Shown here: piece by piece, positions 12,706 through 22,360 of the stretch | Layout: the number at the start of each line of letters is the position of its first letter | Position numbering within the stretch: the first letter of the stretch is position 1 | Position numbers and translations under genes: made by a program | NCBI GenBank assembly: GCA_951406725.2 | Contig: OX597833.1 | Span: 19,902,001-19,966,000, forward strand | DNA length: 64,000 nucleotides | Reading direction: 5' to 3' | Source of the DNA: Octopus vulgaris | Lineage: Eukaryota | Notes under the pieces: model-generated | What the model was told of the DNA's origin: nothing | Seen by the model: the letters and a program-made list of their open reading frames with translations, nothing else | Databases searched by the model: none

Positions 12706-12758
<53 letters not shown>

Positions 12759-13203
12759 ATCACATATTTGCTGGTTAAAGGATGACCAGAGGCTAAACAA
12801 TTACGTATTGTATTAAATCTCAGTTATCCTAAGCAGTAGGATACGTTAGGATAGACAGATGGTCATTTCTACACAAGTGTGTCCACTCTTCATGATTTTG
12901 TTTCCTCATAACTTACAGTAAGATGTATATTTTTCAATGAAACTTTTGAATCTCTTTCAGATTATGTAAATTACGATTTTATCGGAATTTGTTATGAATT
13001 TTTTTTCGGTTGGGAGGAAAGAGGTGTTTTGGATATTTCACACAAGATATTTTTGTTTCCTCATAACTTTCAGAAAAATGAGTATTTTTTAATCACATTT
13101 TCTACTGATATCTTTCAGATAGTGTAGATTACGATTATATTAGAATTTAATGTAAGGAACAAAAAGTTGGTGGGTGTGCAGACATTTATTCTAACATACA
13201 TAT

Positions 13204-13328
13204 GACACTGCATCCTTTAAGGCCCTCATGCTTTCCGAAATCCGCCGAAACTACACCTGATTATACATACACTTTAGATGAGTTGTAGTGCACCTGAGCA
13301 CTGTACACAATGTTTTTATTATTATTAT
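13204..13328 (+). mobile_element. CR1-type LINE 3' end fragment
   Basis: Similar to the reverse complement of 32560-32760 (ctacacctga...gtgcacctgagcactgta + ATT tail). Confidence 0.6.
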
Positions 13329-14156
13329 ACATCAAATATATATCAACAAAATTAAATTTGAGATTTTAAAAAGAAAAAAAAGAAAATGAAAATTATCTGA
13401 TGTGTGTTGGTACATATGTGTGTATGCTCATGAATTTGTTTCCAATTAAATATCGATACATATCAAGAAAATGTTTTTCTTTATATATGGGGGGGGGTTA
13501 GGGTTAGGGTTAGGGTTTCTGTTAGGGTTAGGGGTGGGAGAAAATGGTTTCTGTTATCTTCAGAAATGTAAACAAAGTCACGTGTGTACTTATACCGAAG
13601 GATCGCCAAATATCGATATAATCGTAACGAACACCATCTGAAAAATATTCGGAAAAAAAAAAAAAATTTCATTTTTCAGAAAGTTGAGGAAACAAAGTCA
13701 GATGAGGTGTACACTTGGCGTGGATAAGCCGACAGGTGTATAAGATAAAATAACCGATTTAGTTGTTAAAGAAATAATAGAGTTTAAACATTGCATTCTG
13801 AAATTATTATGTTTTAAATTTAAATTAAACTCACCTGGATGATTGTAAAGGAAAAACTTTGTAGTGAAGCGTTAACTTTGAAAACAAATTTTAACGCTGT
13901 TCATTGCCATCCGTAACGCTGCGTCAAAGGGAGATAATAAAAAAAAGGCTTCAGACGAAGTTTGGCGACGTTATTTACATTACGCTTTACTCTTTTACTT
14001 GTTTCAGTCATTTGACTGCGGCCATGCTGGAGCACCGTCTTTAGTCAAGACTTATTCTATCGTCTTTTTTGCCGAACCGCTAAGTGACGGCGACGTAAAC
14101 ACACCAGCATCGGTTGTTAAGCAATGCTAGAGGGACAAACACAGACACACAAACAT

Positions 14157-14193
<37 letters not shown>

Positions 14194-14296
14194 CCGGAGT
14201 AAACACATAAATGTGAAACAAGGTGGTAAAAAGAGTACTCAAATACCAGTGGTAGAGTAATATGCTTTATTTAAAGCAGCAGAAAATTCAACAAAA

Positions 14297-14337
14297 TCTG
14301 TTACTCTGAGTTTCTCGTTGCCGTTCATCAGACAGTT
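14297..14337 (-). ncRNA. Minimal hammerhead ribozyme motif (C3-G8)
   Basis: CUGU CUGAUGA A-CG-GCAA-CG-A GAAA CUC-A-GAG UA^ACAG. Confidence 0.7.
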
Positions 14338-14350
14338 TTTTTCTAGCAAA

Positions 14351-14395
14351 AACTGTCTGATGAACGGCAACGAGAAACTCAGAGTAACAAGATTT
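14351..14395 (+). ncRNA. Minimal hammerhead ribozyme motif (C3-G8), mirror copy
   Basis: CTGATGA at 14357-14363, then ACGGCAACGA GAAA CTCAGAG TA^ACAAG. Confidence 0.65.
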
Positions 14396-14423
14396 TGTTG
14401 AATTTTCTGCTGCTTTAAATAAA

Positions 14424-14479
<56 letters not shown>

Positions 14480-14680
14480 GACAGGCTTCTTTCAGTTTCC
14501 GTCTACCAAATACACTCACAAGGCATTGGTCGGTCCGGGGCTATAGCAGAAGACACTTGCCCAAGATGCCACGCAGTGGGACTGAACCCGGAACCATGTC
14601 GTTGGTAAGCAAGCTACTTACCACACAACCACTCCATCATTTACATTTGACGGATATTTGTCCTCATCTTGTTTGTTGTT

Positions 14681-14728
14681 AACGCAACGTTTCGGCTGAT
14701 ACACCCTCCAGCCTTCATCAGGTGTCTT
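14681..14728 (-). ncRNA. Minimal hammerhead ribozyme motif (C3-G8) in a repeat fragment (~14637-14795)
   Basis: GACAC CUGAUGA A GGCUG-10nt-CAGCC GAAA CG UU^GCGUU; one A.C mismatch in stem I. Confidence 0.7.
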
Positions 14729-15599
14729 AGGGAAATTTCGAACCTGGGTTCTCATTCCTAAGGTATTTCTCGATGGCATTATTATTATCATTGAGTGAGA
14801 GAGCAGTGCATGCCATCAAAGTGACACTGGGGTAAAATATACGAAGCCCAGTATACCCATCATGACTACCAGTCTGATATGGGTACACTAGGTACATGCA
14901 TCACAACCATATATGCGCGACATGGTGATCTCATATCAAGATAAACAGCATATGATCTAGCAGGTGGGGGCCCAGTTAGAATTTTCTTCTGGTCGAGTAA
15001 CCCATCCCGCTCAAAAGGTCCCTGAATAAGGGTTGTTTAAGGATATTGAACGAACGTCGGGTTGACTCCATGGTTGTTGGTTGAACATGACTATGTCGGC
15101 GACGGTAGTTGTTGATAGCAGTGTGCGTCTGTTCGTTAGCTGTATGGTGATATACAATAACAACTCGACCTTGTTCAGTAGTGGGTAGTAAAGAAATCGG
15201 CACTGTCATGCTTTTAGTTGTCAAGAGGAAAGTAGAAAAAGTGTGACGTCACTCGTCCACCTTCGTTTCTTTCCGCAGAATTTATCAAAACGCGTGTAAA
15301 TTTATCGGCACTGTCATGCTTTTAGCTGTCAGAAGTGAAAGTCGTCAACTTCGTGTATTTACGTCAGGTTTATACCTTCGTTAACTTACGCCTTATCGGC
15401 ACTGTCATGCTGTTTAAACTTTATAAATAAATATATTCGTGCAGTGTGTGTATATGTGACTATATGTCTGACTAATGTGTGTGTGTCTGTATTTATTGTA
15501 TGTGTGTATAAGTAGTTATATGCTTATATTATCCATTATAGTAATATTTGTCTGTTGAAATCCGGTTTAAGGCGGTCAATAGTTTAATTAAAGATGTGT

Positions 15600-15712
15600 C
15601 TATACATGTATATATATATATATATATATACATGTGTATAATATATATATATATATACATGTGTATATATACACATATATATATATATATATATACATGT
15701 GTATATATACAC

Positions 15713-15762
<50 letters not shown>

Positions 15763-15845
15763 GTATATATACACATGTATATATATGTATACACATGTAT
15801 ATATGTATGTATACACATGTATATATACACATGTATATATATATC
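15600..15845. repeat. Compound (TA)n/ACATGT microsatellite
   Basis: Direct inspection; source of the spurious Y/I/H-rich ORFs. Confidence 0.95.
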
Positions 15846-17570
15846 TCCATATATATAAAACTGAAATGCGTTTTTACCGCTTGGATCGCTTTCAATGCCA
15901 CTACATCCCGTCCGATTCGCTCCAAAATTTACAGGGACATGTAGAATGAGGTGACGATGCTCGTGGGCTACCTTAGAAATCCCTATCTTAAAAGGTGTGG
16001 TTGCTAGGAGCCATCTTCCTCACTCACCCTATTTCCTCCAGTACCTTCTCACTCCTCTTCATTTCACAATGCCACTCCCGTTATTTAATGTAAAGTCTTC
16101 CTCAAATCACTCTCTCGCTATTTCCTCTCTTCCAAGAACATTTTCACTCACTCTATCTCTTAGCTTCCCATACATTTTACTCATGTATCTATCTGCGTTC
16201 ATAGACAGAAACAAATATTACATCGCCATCGCGTTCTATTGTCTACCTGTCAACACACACACACACATATCTAATATTATATTTTTATTTTTGTTTTTTT
16301 ACTGTTTCATTTCCCTATTAGTGGTTTTATCTCTAATTTAATTTCTACAGCGTGCACACACACACCTATATGTGGCCCCAGTACACCCGAATGAAATCGG
16401 GTTCTCTTCATCAAAATGTGAAAAGGGGTCTACAATTATCATCGCCACAACTTATGTATGTCTTCCTCACTCACTCACTCTTTTTCCTAATGATAATTAT
16501 CATCGCCACCACCACCAACACACAATCATGACAATCTTTCTCTTAAAACAAATCATGTTTACATTGCAAAATATTTCATTCTCCCGTCCTCACTTTCACA
16601 TATCACCTTTTCTTTCTCGACCTCTCTCTTTTTTCGCCGTCTCTATTTATTCTACAACGAGTCTATCAATGACAGCCGCTAAAGTTTCAATATTCCTACT
16701 TCACCTCTTTCAGAAACGCAACAGATATTATTTTTTTTTTGCCGGGGTTAAAGCCCACTACATCCCGTCGGATTTACTCCAAAATTTACACCTTCTCTTT
16801 CTACCTCTAACTCCCATTCAATTTCTCTTTATCTCCATTCTTAAAGATAATTATCATCGCCACCACGACCACCAACACACAATCTGGACAATCTTTCTCT
16901 TATAACAAATCATGTTTACATTGCAACGACGTCTGCCACCTCCGCCGTCTCTATTTATTCTGCAAATGACCAGAACTCGGGAAACTTGGTTGAGTGTTCT
17001 ATGGTTTATGACCAGAACTCGGGAAACTTGGTTGAGTGTTCTATGGTCTATGACCAGAACTTGGGAAACTTGGTTGAGTTCTCATCTTATAAAATGTGGC
17101 CCCAGTAGACCCAAATGAAATCGGGTTATATTAACCAAAATGTGAAAAAGGAGTCTAAATGGGGCTGGAAGGGGATTAAAATTTAAAGGAGCGGGTGTTT
17201 AGCAATTCTCTGTTACATCAAGCTAAAAAATTTGCGCCAGCCTTTTAATCGTCAATGTGTTGCCGTCCATGATGAAGAAGTTTTGAATGCTTGCCATCGT
17301 GAGTCTACTGTCGCGAGAAAGAATCAATTCAAAACTTGGTTTTTAGGGATTTTCTTTTACATCAAGTTCGAAATTTTACGCCAGCCGTTGAACTGTCAAT
17401 ACGTTGCTGTCCGTCGTTAAGAAATGCCAGCCATGGTGACTCTACTATCCTCAAATTCTATCCCTTCAAACTTTGGTTTCCAATATTTTATTATTTTTAT
17501 TCAGCTCGCAAGTTCGTCTGTCCCTTTCAGCTGTTTTTCGTCTGTTTTTCAGCTGTACCGCTGAAAAACC
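15845..17570 (+). mobile_element. Probable Helitron-like mosaic repeat with internal duplications
   Basis: TC...ATATATAAAA-type start next to (TA)n; internal duplications (15898-15931 vs 16756-16789; ~16490-16566 vs ~16846-16926); tandem subrepeats. The 3' end was not identified. Confidence 0.4.
16967..17079 (+). repeat. 42-bp minisatellite, about 2.7 copies
   Basis: TGACCAGAACTCGGGAAACTTGGTTGAGTGTTCTATGGT(T/C)TA repeated. Confidence 0.9.
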
Positions 17571-18530
17571 TAAACATTGCGTATAATACGCACCCCTTCT
17601 CTAACTTGAGTCAAGGAGGTCTATATAACGTCCTTGACTTGTAAAAATGTATACGGTAACGTCCTTTATTATTATTATATCTATAGCATAATGCAAACGT
17701 GTAGCATTTTTGTGCATTTTGTTTGCAGAAAATAAAGAAATAACAGTAATAACGTTTAATAAATGTTGCTTACTGCAAGTTATGGATGATTCTTTTATGA
17801 CTTCATTGCTTTCAGGCTTAGCTTAAGGTATTTTCGCGCCCGACATCACAAAATGCGTCTGAATAATCATAGCCAGACAGCAAATAGAGGCTTGGACATT
17901 GCTTAGAAGATAACTTTCATTTTTAACCTCGTGTATAATACGCACTAGGGATTTTCACCTTTAAATTTTGGGAAAAATTGCGGATTATACTCGAGGATTT
18001 ACGGTAATTACGAAATAAAACGAAGAAAAATACTCAGCTGGTTTTCAATACTAAGGATTCAATTTAAGAATAGAGTGGTTTCCCCTGTACAGTTCGGTTC
18101 CATTAAATTCTTTGATGACAGTTACTGACGCAAAGAGATTTCGACTGGATTACTGACGTAATTGAAGTTATTCTTTGTTTAAAAGTGAAGGGGCGAGGGT
18201 ACAATTTTCGGCGGAGGTGATCACGGATCGCACCCACTTTTGCGATTTTTTTTTTTTTTTTTACAGGAACACACTATATCGAGGGCGGAGATTCCAAATT
18301 TGCAAAAAAATGTGCATTTCAAAATTTAAATCCCGCCTTCACCCCCACCTAAATTTCTTAAATTTTCACTTTTTTAAAGAAATTTTTTAGGCGAAATATA
18401 AATATTTTTTTTTAATTGAAATTTAACAGAACTTTTTTTTTTTTTGCCAGAATCATAATATCCATACGGAGATTATGATTCTGGCACAAAAAAAAAGTTC
18501 GGATTTTTGTCCTCATCTTGTTTGTTGTTA

Positions 18531-18578
18531 AACACAACGTTTCGGCTGATATACCCTCCAGCCTTCATCAAGTGTCTT
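18531..18578 (-). ncRNA. Minimal hammerhead motif (U3.G8), paralog of 14681-14728
   Basis: GACAC UUGAUGA A GGCUG-10nt-CAGCC GAAA CG UU^GUGUU; stem I intact, C3U change. Confidence 0.6.
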
Positions 18579-18945
18579 GGGGAAATTTCGAACCTGGGTT
18601 CTCATTCGTAAGGTAATCCTATGGCTGCGATATATCGATGACACTTTTATACTCTGGAGGAGTTTGTAGTTTTGGGCAAAATGTGATATCAGCCAGTTTT
18701 TCGATTTTTTTTCAACCGATAAATAAATATTTTTTTGTCTTCCCACGCTTCTTTAGAATCGATTATTCATGTAAGCTTATAACAACAGAATATGAAACAC
18801 GAATTCGGTGGGGTGCGGGAAGTCACAGAAGAAAGAAAATGTAGGTCAGTTTCCTCGCGGCGTCTTCAAGAACAATCATAAAATTGAATGGACGGCTTTT
18901 TGTGGTTTTTTTCACAGCTGTGTAATGTTATCATATATTTTGTGT

Positions 18946-19330
18946 GGAGGCGCAATGGCCCAGTGGTTAGGGCAGCGGACTCGCGGTCGTAGGATCGCGG
19001 TTTCGATTCCCAGACCGGGCGTTGTGAGTGTTTATTGAGCGAAAACACCTAAAGCTCCACGAGGCTCCGGCAGGGATGGTGGTGATCCCTGCTGTACTCT
19101 TTCACCACAACTTTCTCTCACTCTTACTTCCTGTTTCTGTTGTACCTGTATTTTAAAGGGCCGGCCTTGTCACTCTCTGTGTCACGCTGAATATCCCCGA
19201 GAACTACGTTAAGGGTGCACGTGTCTGTGGAGTGCTCAGCCACTTACGCGTTAATCTCACGAGCAGGCTGTTCCGTTGATTCGGATCAACCGGAACCCTC
19301 GTCGTCGTAACCGACGGAGTGCTTCCAACA
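18946..19330 (+). mobile_element. tRNA-derived SINE, family B, full length
   Basis: GGAGGCGCAATGGCCCAGTGGTTAGG box A and GGTTTCGATTCCC box B, followed by a non-tRNA body; CpGs retained, so probably young. Confidence 0.85.
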
Positions 19331-19731
19331 AGTACTTTCGTAAATAAAAGTACGTTTCTTCCCAACACTTAGTCTCTTGGTTCCTTTCTTTTGAGAAAGT
19401 GAGAATTTTTTATACTTAAAATATAACCCCTGGGGAAACGTCGAGTTTTCTTATTATGAAATAAAAAAATAATCTATGGCTTTTGTAGAAATTTTTCATT
19501 TTGTTTTGGCGTGTGTGTTTGTGTTTGTCTTTCATTTCAATACAACGAGGTGGGGAAAATCAACGTTTTCCCGCCACCGCCGATTATCATATATTTACGG
19601 CAGTTCCCAACACAAAAATTTACAGTTATGAACAGTTTTCTATAAAATGCATATTCCAAACATTTTTTCAAAAACTTTGACATGAAAATTAAATGAAATA
19701 AAGAACAAAACAAGATTTTTCTAACACTTAC

Positions 19732-19800
19732 CCGCGAGGAACAAAATCGTGCGTCGACCATTCTTGCGTTCAGCTGCTGCCCTTTGGAATGAAATAGCAT
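19732..19800 (-). CDS. Candidate first coding exon of an unidentified gene (MLFHSKGQQLNARMVDARFCSSR)
   Basis: Strong donor CGG|GTAAGTG in phase 0; internal AAGAATGG start context; CpG-rich, non-repetitive surroundings. No downstream exons were confirmed. Confidence 0.3.
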
Positions 19801-20199
19801 TATTTCTCAAGATTCCCCCAACGCGATTCAGAGACGAGAAATATATCTTGTCTCCGAGAGTGGTATTGCAAAATATTTTATCCAAGATTTACCATACATA
19901 GATGAGTATAAGACAATGATTTCTGTCTAAGATGTAGAAATGATTTTTTTTCTCAAAAAAAGAAAAATGGAAACCGGATTCTAAAAATATCTTTGGTTTT
20001 TTCCTGTGACTCATTCGATATGTCGGAGACGAAAAACGTTGTTTTAGTTTACCAAGCCATTTACATTTCAGCGTACAGTACAATCATAATGCTAATCCTT
20101 ACTCTAACCCTATAAGCCCTTACTCAAAATACAAACGCTAACTTGACCGTAACCTAATCCCTAATCCTAATTCAGATCAGGTCATTTCAAAGTGTCGAC

Positions 20200-20852
20200 C
20201 AGTGGTTCTCAACAGGGGTCCATATAAATTTTGTAGTAAAAACTTATGTGAAATAAATCGGTTACACTTCTACGGATCTTTTCGGTTTGAACGGCAGTTT
20301 TTTCTAGCTGTGTCATATGAAATTGTCACCCATAATTATGACCCTAGTATCGATCTATTGCATTTCAATCTGTTTTAGGGTTAGGGGTGGGGGAAGGGTA
20401 TCTTTTTTTCTTCACAAATGTAAATAAACCCAATCTGTTTCTTAAACGAGGGACATATTCATACGGCACAGAATGTCTTCACCTCAATAGACGTCATTGA
20501 TTGGTTGAAATTGCAGAAATTGAAGAAAAAAACAACAAATATCTTACAAACTATAGAATTTTCTCAATAAAGCCAAGAGAAAAAGATGTTTTATTAACAC
20601 ATTCTACCAGTATACGAAGTTTAAAAGTGTTTAGTTACGTGGAAATTATTTTAAAAAACTGCCAGTCAAACAGAAATGATCTAACTTCTACAATGCACAA
20701 AATATTTTTACTTTATTTTTACACAATTACTAATAATAGTTAATTATAAAAATACAGTAAGACTTTTATAGATATTGAATGGCTGTGGAGGTCCAGTGGA
20801 GCAAAATAGGAACCAATGGGGCCCATGGCTAAAGAATAGTTGAAAACTCTTG
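20200..20852. mobile_element. hAT-type MITE (CAGTGGTTCTCAAC TIR) with a nested MITE
   Basis: Left CAGTGGTTCTCAAC, right GTTGAAAACTCTTG (degenerate). Confidence 0.6.
20274..20682. mobile_element. GGATCTTTTCGG-TIR MITE, possibly Mutator-type
   Basis: Same family as 12156-12562; flanks cACTTCTAC / aACTTCTAC form an 8-9 bp TSD. Confidence 0.8.
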
Positions 20853-21024
20853 GGTAAAAAAAACACACTGCAGTAGATCGCATGCTTAAGTAGAACCCAA
20901 AAGCATAAGAGACCAAAAATCATCATCATCATCATCGTTTAACGTCCGCTTTCCATGCTAGCATGGGTTGGACGGTTTGACTGAGGACTGACGAACCAGA
21001 TGGCTGCACCAGGCTCCAATTTAC

Positions 21025-21258
21025 TTATTTCTTTATTGCCCACAAGGGGCTAAACATAGAGGAGACAAACAATGGCAGACAAAGGGATTAAGTTGATTAC
21101 ATCGATCCCAGTGTGTAACTGGTACTTAATTTATCGACAGTGAAAGGATGAAAGGCAAAGTCGACCTCGGTGGAATTTGAACTCAGAATGTAACTGTAGA
21201 CGAAATACCGCTAAGCATATCACCTGACGTGCTAACGTTTCTGCCAGCTCACCGCCTT
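21025..21258 (-). mobile_element. SINE family C
   Basis: Shared gaaaggatgaaaggcaaagtcgacctcgg..gaatttgaactc core; also at 22136-22360 and degenerate at ~33150-33350, ~48730-48920, ~58670-58780. Confidence 0.8.
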
Positions 21259-21550
21259 AAATTTACTGAGGTCGATTTTCTCTTCCCTGGTGCCCTTTCT
21301 GTCACCAAATAAAGTAATATTTCCCCATGGCCAGATATGCTTTTCATACAAGATTAGAAATGAAGGACATCACTTGCACGATGGTGGCACGTGCTTACAA
21401 CTACCATGCATGTCAAGACAAGGAAACTGTTGTACACGTGTGTGTATATATACTTGAATCTGTTTTATACAGAAATGTATAATGCGTGTGTTATTTTATA
21501 TATTTGAACCCTAATCTTTTGTGTGTGTGTGTATATTATATATATATATA

Positions 21551-21897
21551 AGCACAGGAGTGGCTGTGTGGTAAGTAGCTTGCTTACCAACCACATGGTT
21601 CCGGGTTCAGTCCCACTGTGTGGCACCTTGGGCGAGTGTCTTCTGCTATAGCCTCAGGCCAACCAAAGCCTTGTGAGTGGATTTGGTAGAAGGAAACTGA
21701 AAGAAGCCCATCGTATATATGTATGTATATATATGTTTGTGTGTCTGTGTTTGTCCCCCCAACAACGCTTGACAACTGATGCTGGTGTGTTTACGTCCCT
21801 GTAACTTAGCAGTTCGGCAAAAGAGACCAATAGAATAAGTACTAGGCTTACAAAGAATAAGTCCTGGAGTCGATTTGCTCGACAGTCAAATGATTGA
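21551..21897 (+). mobile_element. SINE family A
   Basis: Match to the family. Confidence 0.85.
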
Positions 21898-22135
21898 GCT
21901 GGAAAGTTCCTTGCTTTGGGTAAAAGAAAACACAGGAGGATCAGTTAATTATGATTTTATCCAACATATTTCCTTCTCAGGTTCACACATTTATTTCAGT
22001 GGTCTTTCAGTTTTTCTAGGCTCTGTAAAAGAACTTGAAATGTTGGGTTTCCAAACAGGCCTTTCATGATACCTTTAAAGTCAGGAATTTTTCAGCACCC
22101 CCTTGTATACACACTCAACAGGCTTATTTCAGTTT

Positions 22136-22360
22136 CTTATTTCTTTATTGCCCACAAGGAGCTAAACATAGAGGGGACAAACAAGGACAGACAAAGGGAC
22201 TAAGTCGATTACATCGATCAGTGCGTAACTGGTACTTATTTAATCGACCCCGAAAAGATGAAAGGCAAAGTCGACTTCGGTGGAATTTGAACTCAAAGTA
22301 ATGGCAGACGAAATACCGCTAAGCATTTTGCCTGGCGTACTAATGTTACTGTCAGCTCAC
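22136..22360 (-). mobile_element. SINE family C
   Basis: Near copy of 21025-21258. Confidence 0.8.

Larger units (their letters stand above)
14193..14424. mobile_element. Palindromic insertion, probably PLE-derived (inverted pseudo-LTR-like), carrying two hammerheads
   Basis: ~76-bp arms 14265-14340 and ~14348-14424 plus a one-sided tail 14193-14264, flanked by (TA)n. Confidence 0.75.
13985..14635 (-). mobile_element. SINE family A with a nested insertion in its internal (TA)n
   Basis: 3' part 13985-14170 and 5' part 14478-14635 flank the 14193-14424 insertion. Confidence 0.85.

Noticed and set aside
16967-17079. CRISPR-like repeated unit
   Set aside because: Units are contiguous with no unique spacers, there are no cas genes, and the context is eukaryotic.
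18946-19020. tRNA gene
   Set aside because: A/B boxes are present, but the sequence runs into a repeated SINE body with no proper acceptor stem or terminator.
12257-20385. Interstitial telomere (TTAGGG runs at ~12257, ~13497, ~20375 and CCCTAA-like runs at ~20100-20170)
   Set aside because: Only 2-5 units each, and at least two lie inside copies of the same MITE family.
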